Assembly: GCA_009103225.1 (NCBI GenBank)
Contig: RHPI01001965.1
Coordinates: 449,114-513,113 of the forward strand
Direction: 5' to 3'
Source of the DNA: Chlorokybus atmophyticus
Taxonomy: Eukaryota; Plantae; Mesostigma and Chlorokybus algae
Length of the DNA: 64,000 bases
Position numbers and translations under genes: made by a program. This document shows positions 22,320 to 36,117 of this stretch, piece by piece (positions within the stretch are counted from its first letter, which is position 1; each line of letters begins with the position of its first letter). The notes below the pieces were generated by a model. It was not told where the DNA came from, made no database searches, and saw only the letters and a program-made list of their open reading frames with translations.

Positions 22320-23175
22320 ATGAATTCCATGTTCGCACAGGGCGGGCAGGGTGCCGGAGGGGTGTCCTCGGTGTCAAACCCCACCAAGACTACCAAGGGC
22401 ACATCCAATGACAACAGTGACTCGGGCGATATCTTACAGGGCTCCCCATCCGAGTGGGCAAAGGCACACCACAATACTGCCTCTAAGAAAATCCGACCCA
22501 CCAGCAGCTGCGACCACGGCGACATGATTGAAGGGACCAAACAAGACTGGCATAACCAAGGTGGGTTACGATGCACTGTCAATGCCACATGCTAGGGTTC
22601 TTTTATCTTGCACATGCACAGCCTCAAGTATCTTGCACTTGACATACATTGTCAATACGACATGCACACCCTCATGCACAACCTCCAGTGTCATGCACAT
22701 GAACAGCATGACCAATCTCGCAAATGCACAGCCTATTTCTACTTGCGGGAGCTCACAAGTCGCAAAAGAGAAGCTGCGGAGTCAAACGAACGGGTAATCT
22801 ATGACCTAGTTTAATGTTTCCAGCGGTAATTAAGCAGTATGCTTGCAGATTGCCATGTTGGTCAGAGTGAACCAAGAGCAGCGCGGCAGGCTGACTGTCT
22901 GCCTGGCGGAGTGCAACAAAGCGGAAGACGAGGTAAGCGTGTGTATGCTGATGGGCTAGTCCTCTGGCAGCACGCCACTCTTACAGCATTACCAAATGCA
23001 GGTGGTCACTCTCAAAGCGACCATCAAGCGCATGCGCGTGCACGGCGAGGCGCTGACATTCAAGCTGAAGGACGAAGTAGCCGCTGTACTGTCAGCGAGC
23101 GAGGCAGCGGATGAAGATGACTCCGGCGTTGAAGCAGAAGACTCGTCGGAGGAGGAACAGGAGGAGGGGGTTTGA
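22320..23175 (+). CDS. Small multi-exon coiled-coil/acidic-tail protein of unknown function (gene E)
   Basis: Exons ...AYFYLRELTSRKREAAESNER|IAMLVRVNQEQRGRLTVCLAECNKAEDE|VVTLKATIKRMR...EDSSEEEQEEGV* with GT-AG boundaries. Confidence 0.55.
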
Positions 23176-23734
23176 GGAGGAGTTCTTAGGCAGGCACCAC
23201 GGGTTGACAAGCTGCGCATGAGTCCGACAGCTAGACTCAATGTTATAGGATAGTTTCATGCGCAAGTCGGCTGCTCAGTTGTGAGTGGACATACTCTCAC
23301 CACTGCCCGTACATTGTATATATTGTGGGCTTTTAGGTGCAAGACCAAACAATCAGTCCAAGGTTTGTACAAGCTGCATGGCATGTTAGTGTTGGCTTAC
23401 GGCAAGAATTGCCAACTTTTGTCAAATGGCAAGGGTCACATATTAACAGCAGTGTAACGGCAAAGAAACTGCCGGCTATGGCTGTCAGATGTCCGTAACT
23501 ACCGGTTAACGGCCGTCTGTGCACATCGACCAAAGGGTAACTGGTTGACAACTCTCGGCCGGTTAGTGCCACTGACAACCACTTTCGGCCCGCGACCGTC
23601 TGCGTCAGTCCACTTAAGCCAACGGCAAACCCAACAGTCCAAAAGTAATATTTCAGGCAGCAACAGGCAGGCTCAGGCAGGCTCAGGCACCAGTCAGTCC
23701 CTCAGTCCTTAGTCAGTCACCGTGTAAAATTTGC

Positions 23735-24540
23735 GATGGATCAACCGCCATGGCCATTGAATGATCGCTAGCACGACACTTAGCAGTGTGACCTCACATC
23801 TCACATGCTCGTTCAGACTGCTAGGGCGCATCAGCCCGTGGGACAGCAACATGTTAATTGCAAACTTGCTTCTGTCCATAGACGAGCGCGAGTTCCGTCA
23901 AGGGTATGCTAAGATTGCCGCTCGGCAAGGCGTTCAACCTATTGTTGCCTTACCATTGGCAATTGATGACATGCGCGTGCTGATCTGGTACTTTTGCATC
24001 AGCTGTGTACCCTACCTCAGCCATTGACAGTCATATGTGACAAGGCTGTCGTCTGGCGCTACTATGCATTTTGCGTGTAACTGTGGTGCACATGGCAACG
24101 GGGTGGTAAAGGAGCGCGTTCACATGTGCATGAAGTACAAGCGGCAGGATCCGGGCTGACGGCCACTGTAACACATCTCTAGAATTACAGCACTTGAGGT
24201 GTACCAGACAAGTGCGCAGCAATGGTATGCATGTGGAGTTCTCTGAAGTGCTATATGTATCTATCTAACCTACTGTCGCTGAATCCGCTTCGCCATCACC
24301 GCTGGTCCTCTGTTTCAGCCTGCTGCCAAGAATAGGTTACAGGGGAAGAACACAGCATGTCTGGCAACTGCGCATACCATGCTGTTGTGCGCTGCTGCAA
24401 GGCATGTGGCATATATAGGCCGCACCTGCGGTTGCACTCTTTTCGGCGTGGTGCCGCTCAGAGCGCCTTCTATGCTAGTATTACTCTGAAAGACATACAA
24501 GCTTGAGGTACATGGAGAAGTTCCGCCATCATGCACCTTT
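23735..24540 (+). pseudogene. DIRS-type tyrosine recombinase, decayed, antisense to the RT
   Basis: IASTTLSSVTSHLTCSFRLLGRISPWD...EFRQGYAKIAARQG...ALPL and LWCTWQRGG (catalytic-Arg region). Confidence 0.7.
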
Positions 24541-24558
24541 ATTTACACGAAGGTACGC

Positions 24559-26175
24559 TTACCCACCGCACAAAAGCAAAAATGTATAGATAGCGTCCAG
24601 GGTTGATGCTGTTTTTGGGTACTCGCGCACCTCGTTTAAACCATTCAGGCCAAGAGCCTTATTTCCGAAAATAAGTTGCCAATTGCGGAACACTGGCCAC
24701 CACACAGCAGAGTGCCATTCAGGCACCAACACCACAGCTGGCAGCTGGTAATACTGCATTAACGCTATGGCTTCATGCATGAGAGCTAATGGAGGGTGAC
24801 ACCAAACAAAGCCGCCTTCCAAACTTCTTAGAACACCACGCCGGTTTGTAGTTAAAACATTTCCCAAGCTTCCAGGCATGTGTATGTAACTGAAGTAAGC
24901 GGGTGCTTTGCTATTCCAATCAGCTGCAAAACAATATAATGTTGAATGTTGCTGTACATGTGCAGTTGCATCTAGGGTCAAGGCCCAATCCCCTCTGTCC
25001 TTGTTCAGCATTTGAATCGCTGGTGGACAATTGTCAATGATGTGCACTGTACAATGCCGGGGATCGTGCGTGCGCGCCACTTAAATAACCGCTTGCACAT
25101 AGGCCAGTGCATCCTTCACGGCCGAAGGCAGTACCATATGCTCAGGCTTGAAGTTGCCGGCCAGGCCAGGCCAAGGCGTTCGTATTACTCACATTATCGT
25201 CGCATGCATCTGTGGCCAGTGCCATCCCATCACCTGACGAGCAGAAATGCTTGCAGGAATAAATGCTAGCTTCAACACGATCAATTTGCCAGCAATGCAC
25301 GCCAGGTGACGCTTCGTTTATATGGGAGCCTCTGCTAATTCATTCATCGGCTGCAATAGCTTGGCTAGCTTGCTTGCGGGAATGGAAAAAGAGCCGGTCA
25401 CTGCGTCCACCAGCAGACCCAACAACTGCACCACTTGCTCAGGCCACAATTGGCTTTTCTTCACATAAATAAATATGCCAAGCGTCTTAAATACATACAG
25501 CACGCGGCGAATGCGCCAGCACAGATGTCAACGATGGCAATGGCAAAAGTGCATGTCGTAAATATAGGCAAGGCAGGGAAAACCCATTGCCCGTAAAGGC
25601 GTAAAGATAGTTGACAACAAGGTTGTAAACAACCAACATGCTTGATTCAGGCCGAATGGCAGCACATTCCATCTATATGTGATATCAGCAAATTCGAAAG
25701 CCAAGTAAGGCTTGCTGTCCTCATGAATGGGCACATGATGATAACTAGACTTCACATCTGCTGTTACTTACCAAAATTGGTGCTTCGTGTACAATTAAAC
25801 ATCTCGTAACCGCTCATAGCTGAAGGGAATGTGAGGCAAAAAGAGATTGATATACCTTAAATCCATAACGAGTCTTCAACGTTTTTCCTGCTTGACCACA
25901 CCTACGCTAGTGACCACCGCCACGCTATGCGCATTAACATTAAAGATTGCTCCTGTTGTCACCACATTCGCCAATTTAGCGACAACGTAATTGCAATATA
26001 TATAGGCGAACTTGCCAATTCCAAACACCACTGGTGTTGGAGAATCGCGTGACAGTATAGTTGTAATATCATCAACACCGAAACCTTCGGCCTTTATCAG
26101 CGCATATACTTCTTCCCACTTGCGTCGATCCGATGCGTGAGTGCCCACCCATTGTAAGCGATACCCGTAACGCAA
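24559..26175 (-). pseudogene. DIRS pol: RT - RNase H - Dam-like methyltransferase domain, decayed
   Basis: GYRLQW; RLVMDLRYINLFL; KSSYHHVPI...LPFGL...AYIYD; MT-like CFAADWNSK...VWCHPPLAL...VVLVPEWHSAVWWP; stops and frameshifts. Confidence 0.88.
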
Positions 26176-26179
26176 TCAG

Positions 26180-28320
26180 TCAAGCACAAATGCCTTCTTG
26201 TCTTGCATAGTCAACTGGACTTTAGTGGTCTGGGCTGCAAGCCGTTGCTGCAAAGAGGCTGCCATTAAGTTCTCCGCATTTAAAGTTTCAATGCATAACT
26301 GCTTTGCCCATTGAGTTGCAGAGGAGGGAAACTGTTTAAAGCCACTCAGCACTTGTGACAACTCCGCATATATGGAACGAATGTCTTCTGTTGTGCAGCA
26401 GGTACGCTCGCAGCAGTGTGTTGCACTTGTGGAATTGCATGAATGTGCTCCTCTAGTGGGGACAAAGGGTCTATTGCAAATGCTGGCATTACAGGATCCC
26501 ACTCTGCCTGCATGCAGTCATCCTCGTAAATACTACTAATAGCTATCAGTCTTTTAGGTGTGCTATGTCTACGCACATGCAAGTCAATTAGACCATGCCC
26601 GAATCCAGTATTAGCGTGACCCATACGAAATGCACCCGCCACGTAACATAACAGCTGTGCAGCACGCACATGCTATTATCAGCATTGAATAGCTGCACTT
26701 ATGGTACACTGTGGTACATGATCCCAAACAGCATACATGCGCACGTGCGCATTGCTATGATACACACCAGCACCAGCACCTCTCGACATGCACTACCACC
26801 GCAATATAGCTACTCAGCAGCTATACTGGGCTCAACTCACTGCTGTAATACTAAGCGTGGCTGCTCTTGCACGGGGACATAGTATGCTACCTGCTTAGCG
26901 GGTGCAGCCTGTTGACCGTAATAGCCGCCTCCGCAACTGAAGCCACCACGACCGCGGCCAGGCTGGAAGTGGGTTTTCCCCTCTTCTGCGACCGAGCGCC
27001 TGTAGGCGCACAATTGTGGTATGTCACATAGATCAGGTGAGGCTTGTAAACATGCCATGCTGCAATGCTGCATGCACATTGTGTGCAACCTTAAGAGGCA
27101 CGGATGAGCACTCTGCCCTCTCATATTCAACAAGTTGAGCATTGCTAACAATGACCACTACATGCGTACCTTGTAGCTTCATCAACAAAGGGCTGCATGC
27201 ACATTGTGTGCAGCCATGAGCACAGGTGATGCACACATTGTGCGACTTGATGATTGCACATTGTACACTTTCAATGTCTTGTGTGCATTGCACATAATGC
27301 CTCTATAGTAGATGCGCATTGCCGCAACGCGGCGTTGTTTACTATGCATTTTACAACAATGCCAACACTCACAACGAATGTGGTGATTGACCAAGTTGAC
27401 AGTATCAGCTTGCAATTAACAAGTAAACTTGCAGAGGAGCGGATGTCTTTCCCTTTTGTATAACCGCTTTACCTTGGAAGGTGTTGGCGAGCTTGGTGAG
27501 GCGGCGGATGATCTTGTCTTCCTTGTCGTGGGCGATGCAAGCATCATTGATAATACCACGCACCCCCGACTCAAAAGCTGTAGCAAAGTCCAGGCTATTG
27601 TGCACATGCGTGAGCACCATCCGATAGAAATGCCACCATCCATGACACTGGCGGACTTGTGAAAAAGGTGCAACCAATTGCCTCGAAGCAGGCTTAAGCT
27701 TGCACGCCTGGTGAGAGCTTGCGCAAACCTTGCTCCTCCCACAATGCATACATCTCCGTGTTCCTGGACAGGCGTTTGGTGAATCGTCTTGAAGCATGTT
27801 GTATGCTGGGCAGAAGAGTCGGAGCTGCCATCATTTAAGGATGACGACGATGACGATGACAAAGTCGATGAGGATGTGCGCTTCTTTGGGTGTGTAAAAG
27901 CCTTAATCTTCTTCTTCTTCTTCTTCTTCTTGTTTTTGTGCCTCTTTTTCATCACCTCCTCTTCCTACACAGATGACAATGCCTCCCCTCTGCTACCGCA
28001 ACGGCGTGGCACCTTGGGTAGCTTCACAGCGGCCTGTGCAGCGTCTTCCAGAGTCACGCCCTGCTCCTGCATCACAGCGTCACACTTGACACCAGCCTGT
28101 GCATGTGACTTCGGCGGTGGCACCAGCTGCGTAGCTATAGGGGCAGGCTGCGGAGGCCTCATGTCGGCCGTGCTGTTTTGCCCCTCATCGGCTGGACCTC
28201 CAGCAGCCTGCTCAGCGGCCTCGTCAGGCCGCGCAGCCTCTAGCGGCCGCTTTCTTCCGGCCGCGCTGCCGCCAGCAGCCGTAGGCCGAGTCTTCCAAAA
28301 CTTTACTCTCAAAACTTTCA
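26180..28320 (-). pseudogene. Fragmented ORF(s) upstream of DIRS pol (gag/ORF1-like, unassigned)
   Basis: Position upstream of the RT and GC-rich coding-like fragments; no diagnostic motif. Confidence 0.35.
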
Positions 28321-28321
28321 C

Positions 28322-28733
28322 CGAACCTTCGGCTGGCAGCGGCGTCGCCAGCAACGCCGTTGAGGTGACGGCCGTTACTGCAATCACTGCTTAACACGTG
28401 TATCACTTAAAACCCTAGCATTAACTGATACCATCCTTTACTCGTGTTAGTCGTTTATTATAAGCAACTCGCTGGCCAATAGTTGGCGCCGACGAGTATT
28501 GCCCAATCTTTGGCTACAACATTGCTAATCATGGTGTAAAGCTGCGCTAACGGCCGTAACTGCATTCACTGCTTAACACGTGTATTACTTAAAACCCTAG
28601 CCTTCACTGTTACCATCCTTTACTCGTGTTAGTTGTTTGTTATAAGCAACTCGCTGGCCAATAGTTGACGCCGACGAGTATTGCCCAGCCTTTGGCTACA
28701 ACATTGCTAACCAAGGTGTAAAGTTGCGCTAAC
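28322..28733. repeat. Two tandem ~180-bp units, also present once at 8375-8552
   Basis: Units begin near 28368 and 28550; each has ACACGTGT, AAAACCCTAG and a GCCAA-TAG-TTG(G/A)C palindrome. Confidence 0.88.
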
Positions 28734-28739
28734 AACATC

Positions 28740-30720
28740 GCCGACCAACCGCTCAGCTAACGCCACTTTAAAACAAACACGATTACTGAGGAAGATGCCG
28801 CAGCACTGAAAAGATTGCAACGGCGGTATGTACTACTACATACACTACGATAAAAAAGTAATGCCGAATTGTCTCGAACTTTAGTAGCCAATTAGGTCTT
28901 TGGGACCTTAACAACACAGACATTATTGCACTCCATTGACGTCATTGTCAAAGTAGCAAAAGGCTGAAGTAACAAACAACTCTTCATGTAGAGTGCGGGT
29001 GGATGTATGTAGCATTATGATAACTGGGGTGCTTAAGTGTAAAGGAGCCATTGTACTGGTGTGTAAGAAGTATTGACTATTATACTTGGCCACGGAGATC
29101 TTCACCCCAACCTACAAACGTGTGTGACCACGCCCTAATAACATTTTTATGTAATCGGGCTCAACTTCCAATATACATAGCGTCGGGCCTTAAAGTTCCG
29201 AGGAAAATAAGCAATTTTGCAAAGAAGCTCGTATGTCATCGAGTGCACTTCGGGTCACCAATTACAAGGTTTTTATATAAAAATATAATATATTCAAATT
29301 GTTCGGCTGTTGCAATGATCACCATGACCGCCTTTTATAACAATACATTCAAAACAAACGAAGGATGCCATGTTGACATTCTTTAGTGAGTTTAATAACT
29401 TGTTATGACAGCAAATTGCAATGCGGTTGTTTCTCATACATATACTATTATAGTATATCATAATGCCTTCGATTCATTAATTGTGCAAAAGCTTGTGCGT
29501 TATTTCACATTTAAACCGTATCAATTTACTTTTTGATACATTGTTAATTACGTTTATATAGTTTATATAAACCGAATGCAAGATACTTAACAGAATAAAT
29601 GCATAGTATTACTACTAATAGATCACATATAATAAAACACAACATTTCTCTATATTAACAACTTGCGGTTAACCACTATAAGACTTCATATGTATCTACA
29701 ATAGCATTAAAACATATTACGGTATTGTTTAGCAATTGCATGAAAACATACGAGAAATAATCAAAAAGTAAATTTGATGCATTTGGGTAAGTAAGCTGTG
29801 CAAAACTTTGCGCGCTTCGCGCGCATAAGAAGAAAAACTTTTATTATTATTGACCTTCTCAATAAAATGAAGCAAGCAGCTAATGTCAAAAACAAATCCA
29901 ATGTATTGAGGCGTGTATGATGTGCAAAAGGTTGGGCGCTGCGCGCACATGTATGATGTGTTTAATGTATATTGTTGCTTATATATAATCATTCATACAC
30001 TATTTAAGCGTACAATATTGTTATGCCATCAACCGCGGCATATGCAACATATTGGTGGGTAAACAAAGTATGTAGACCTGAGTAAGCTTACTCAGGCAAC
30101 AAATCATGGTAAAATCTTCTACCTCTTTAACACACTTTATCAGTAACTCGTAATTGCAAGCAGAGTAAATGATGAAAAGCAAATTTGATGACTTTCGATA
30201 TGTAAGATGCCAAAAATCTTGCGCGCGAAATGCGTAAAGGGAATGTGCTTTATGTGTGTAAACATTCCTGGTTAATTTTTCATGTTAGTCCACCATAAAA
30301 GGTATTATATCTCCATGAACTAGATGTTCTTTTAGCTACTCTTGTGTTAACTGACAATGTGATTTCATTACGAATCTATGATACAAATATTGGCAACTAT
30401 GAATATTAGTATCATGATCTCTCTATAATAGAAAACTTGTAACGCAAAATTAAATAAGCATTGAAAAACACATATGTGTACATGACGTGATTTTGGGTTG
30501 CGCTTCACGCTTACATGTATAAGTATAGATTATACACATGTTAAAAATGCATTAATATATATAATAACATATACTTTAATACATGAATATATACACATAC
30601 ATAAATGGTAGGCATTAAATAGGCAGGACAAATTGTAAAATATACATAAAGTGAGGCAACATTGTAAAGCAAGACATCATTTACTTAGATATAAGTGTTT
30701 GTGCTTTACTACGAAGAAAC
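28740..30720. other. AT-rich, ORF-poor segment of unknown origin
   Basis: Visibly more AT-rich than the flanking genes; only short broken ORFs. Confidence 0.5.
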
Positions 30721-31325
30721 ATGTGACTAGGCAAGTGTGGACTGTGGGACTCAGTTAGACCAAGGGAAAGTCATACAGACCGTCTATGTCTGAGACGGAC
30801 TGACCGCTCGCCGTACATACGGTCAGCCGATGACGGAATCAACCTTTACACCTGAATGCGACATTCACGCTTAACTTCTAACTTTTATTACGTCGTGTAT
30901 TGGGTTAGCTAGGGCAACTGACACCGTCGATCTTTGTATTTTACTGATTACAAAACACGATACAACGCCGTCCATACGAGCCCCGAAGCCTTCCGCCATC
31001 TCCTACTACCGTCGTGACACATACGGTAGTATGTGCCTCCTCCGGTACATGTCATGAGTAATTACAGCATACGAGCGATGCGGATAGCGCCACGGCCTGG
31101 CAGGCCTTCCAAGACAATCCCCATCGGGATTCAAGCGGCACTCACGAAGGGTGTAACGTCAAACATTGAGTAGTGGTCACTGCATCACGCCGCATGCCGC
31201 TACTATATGTACTCCTTACCCCGTGATAGACGGCCAGTAGAAGGAGTAACATTGTCGTGGCGGCGGCGGTAGCGGTGGTCTCCTTCGTTCCGACACTTAG
31301 GATCTCTCCTCTTACCCACAAGTAA

Positions 31326-31585
<260 letters not shown>

Positions 31586-31892
31586 NTGTGTGTCTGTGTG
31601 ACCAGAGGCGTGCGTGTGTGTAGACAGGGTCAGAGCACTGCATGCAGCCTACACTTGCTTCTTGAGCTGAGAAGTGTGTGTATGAATTTGTGGACAAGAA
31701 GAGACTGCGGCTGTGCTGGACCATGTGCATGCACTCACACACCATGCCAGCGCAGTCCCGGAGGCTTCATGTCTGCATGCTTGCGTGCATCCGCATGCAA
31801 CCACAACTTGATGAACTCAACTACGCTCGTGCCATTGCCAGGCAAGGGAGGGGGGAGTCAGCTCTCTTTCTTCCATTATTTCCTGTCCCACC

Positions 31893-32516
<624 letters not shown>

Positions 32517-34620
32517 AGACTCACAGCTATGCTACATGCTACAAGTGTTAGTTAGCATGCATCCTCTCACACATGCACTCCCTTTCCCTTGAGATCATTA
32601 CCTCCTCCTGTGCTAGTTGGCCCCATGCATTTGTGGACATTGTTCTCTTGCACAACATTACCATTTTACTACAACGGGTACGGTACCTGTTGGATTGCTT
32701 AGCCAGCTGCTGCTAAATTCTGAGTAGCATTACCAACCTGTGTTGCTTGCTTTGCAAATGATGTTGGATATGATTAGTATATGGTATGCTACACTTGCAG
32801 GCGGATTGCATGCACGCAAATAGCATGTCAGCGTACATATTGTTGCAAAAAGTGCATCAATATCAAGTAAACAATCGGTGTAGGGTGTGATGATATTGTA
32901 GCAGTAACTCTGCCAATTTCGCTCGTGCTGTGTAGCCGATAGTAATATTATGCTATTTCATTTTGGTCAATACTGCCTATACTAGCAGTATAACAGCTAT
33001 TACGTACCATTACATGAGCGTATATGTGTGTTGTATATAAGTGCAAAGGCTGCTGGTCATCGTAACTTAATGCTTAGTGATACATGAAACTCAAGTACAC
33101 AACACATCAACATGCTGTGTGCATCATCGGTAGAAGTACGTGCAAGTGTGCGACGCGACAAATATACATATGCGCACAAGTACACAAGCATGATAACTGC
33201 GCAAACAAGACGCGCGTGCGCTGTTCAAGTTGCGTTACACTTAGACTGCAAGCTAGCAAGCTAGCAATTGTGTGGTTGTGTCTACAATGCTGGTTGTGGA
33301 TAATCATTGTAACACATCAATTCACATGTCACACACCTCCTGGTATTGGGCAACCCATCGAGGCCGTCCACAGCTACCGCTGCGAGCGCGCCATGTAGCG
33401 AGTCCACTTCACCTTGTGGCACACAGCAGCAACATTTGCCATCATGAATATGGTATGTTGTGCGTATGCTTACTGCTAGCTAACACTGCTATGACTGCTA
33501 TGACACGGTGTGTGTGTGTGCGTGCGCGTGTGCGTGTGCGTGCGTGCGCGTGCGTGTGCGTGTGCGTGTTTGTGTGTCTGCATATCTCTGTGTGTAGGCA
33601 GAGAGTACGAATTCGCTGAATTGCACATTGCGTGCGTGCATGCTTGTCACGCTCACACGCGGTGCCAGTACCATGCCACAACACCTTGAATACAGCCACA
33701 CACAGTTTGTGTGTTAGCGTATATCCATGTAGCGACACATTAGCTATTATACACATGAATCAAAGCATGCACAGTAGCGCACATTCATGTGGCGACACAC
33801 ATGAGCAGTTGCGTTCATAGATTAGCACGCACAGGCAGTTTGTTTATGAGCGTAACTAGTGAGCATGCTAGCGCAACAGCATCCACACCAATATCATTCA
33901 CACTGACACCATGTCATATGCGCATGTACACAATAACCTCACATGCACAGCACACTTGTCAACAACAACGTACACTAATGTGCAATGTGCACAACGTGCA
34001 CATTGTGCTTCTCTACCACGTGTACGTAACTGTTCCACATAGCCCCACTCCTACCATGCCACACAGCGTGCGTGCGTGCGTGCGCGCGCGTGTACAGACA
34101 AACAAGCACGTGGGTTGATCTCCAGCGCCAGCGGGGTTGGTTGCCACGCTTGTCCTATGCCACATGATGCAGCACTCTTCACTGACTTCAACACAACAAG
34201 CTTGCGTGTGACGCAGCAGGTAGCCCACAACCAGCTGCAAGCCGCTGGAGACTCATCCAGACATCCTTTTGGAATGGTAAGAGAGAGGAGTATGCGCATG
34301 CAAGCAAAGAGTGTCAATGTGCCTCCCCCCCCTTTTTAAGTACCAACACAGTCGCATGGTGTGCACCGGTTGTGTGGAGTGCCAACATATGTTACACGGT
34401 GTAAATACACTAAGTACACTATGATTAGCAACTAGTTCAAGATATTTTCACTGGACAGTCACATGCAGGTACAATACGCATGTACTTCAACCACTTACCC
34501 GGAGCATGTTGCCCCGTTCACCAAAAGAGCAGCATGAGCATTCCTTCCCTCTGTTTTTGCAATACGCATGCGTGCGCAACAACGCACACGCACACTCTTG
34601 CATGTGCGCTCGCAATCTGT

Positions 34621-34684
<64 letters not shown>

Positions 34685-36117
34685 GCCTTGTCGCGTCTGG
34701 GCATCGCACGGCACTGGGGGGCTGCCAGTGTGGGAGTGAGCGGACGGGTGGTTGTACACGCACACGCACATGGAGAGGTGGGCACGCACAGTAAGCACAC
34801 ACAACATACTGACGGCGAATGTTGGGGTGCGTGTGCCACATAGCACACACATGCAAACACGTGCACACGTGGGCATGTGGGCACGCGTATGCCACAGGGT
34901 GCAGCCTGCAGGGCATTTGACGGCGGTTGCTGCGGACCACTTTGGTGGTGCTGCGTGACACTGCTTGAGAGGGCGGCATAGCCAGGTGTGTGACAATGTG
35001 GAGTCAATATGTTGTTTGTTACAGAGACATCGACAACCAACAACACTCTGAGCACAGATGCGCACAAGCTCAGCTGGCAGACCAATCAAATCACATACGT
35101 GCGTGCGTGCGTGCGTGCGTGCGTGCGTGAGCTGCACGGTGGCAGTGCACTCTTGTCTCATAAATGCACACATGCAAATACGACCAAACCCCTCCCAAAC
35201 AGACTTTCTACGGGAGGTTTGGCGGGCCTAGCGGGCTCACAACCACCGGCTGGCGTGCACGTGTCATGTCGTCGACCGGATACCCGGTGGCCATCGTGGC
35301 CCAAGTGCGTGTAACTGTTGCGTGCGTGCGTATGTGTGACACAGTGTCTACGAACATGCGCGTGTGCGTATGCAACGGCCAAATTCAGTGACCATCACCA
35401 GTCACCCACCATTGTTGACACTTACAACAACCCGGCCACTGCCTTCCCCCAGCAGGTCGGCGTGCCCTGTTCGTCGCTCGCTCGCAATCATGTATATAGT
35501 AAAGATGCAATGATTGTGCACACATCCTTGCGCGCATGCTCTCGTGTGCATTCACGTGTGCCTCAAGACAAGCAAGCAATCTTGTTACGGCATTTGAAGA
35601 ATCGTTGAGTCAATCCAACGTGCATGCACAAACCACGAGTACATTGTGAAGAACTTCAAATACACCGTTTGTAATCCATACGGCTGTAATCAAATCAACA
35701 AACCATGGTGTGCAGTAGTTAGTCTACGTACGCGTGCACCACAACGGCCACGGCGGGAACAGCCACGTATAGGCAGGCCTGGCCGCCGCGCCCACACCCA
35801 CCCAGAGCACCCAACTGATGGGGGACAGCGGCTATGCTCATGAGTCGGCTAAGGTGGTGGGAAAACTTTCTAGCCATCGCGCGACCAATGGCGCTGAGTA
35901 AGGTGCTTACAACATGCACGTCACGAAGTCGCGTACGTGCTCCACTCTCGGCAGGCTTCTGGTATGGAAACGCGTCACTAACCAACAGGTTGCAAAGGGG
36001 ACTAGCTGGTTGTCGTTGTCCCCGCAGTTTGCGTTCATGTTGAATACGCCAACACGCAGATCTTACAGTTTTGATAGCAGGGGCAGACTGCATGCAATGT
36101 CCTTGCGGTAGATAAAT

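Larger units (their letters stand above)
9275..23730. mobile_element. Plavaka-type large DNA transposon with cargo genes (boundaries approximate)
   Basis: Plavaka-like transposase plus 4 further genes with short microsatellite-free introns, lying between two DIRS YR fragments; no TIR/TSD identified by eye. Confidence 0.7.

Noticed and set aside
23715-23730. CAC-type TIR for the Plavaka element (minus strand CACGGTGACT)
   Set aside because: No matching inverted copy was found at the left end by eye, so the termini remain undefined
29060-29130. FVGWGED motif suggesting a GT7-like relic
   Set aside because: A single short match without the surrounding conserved residues
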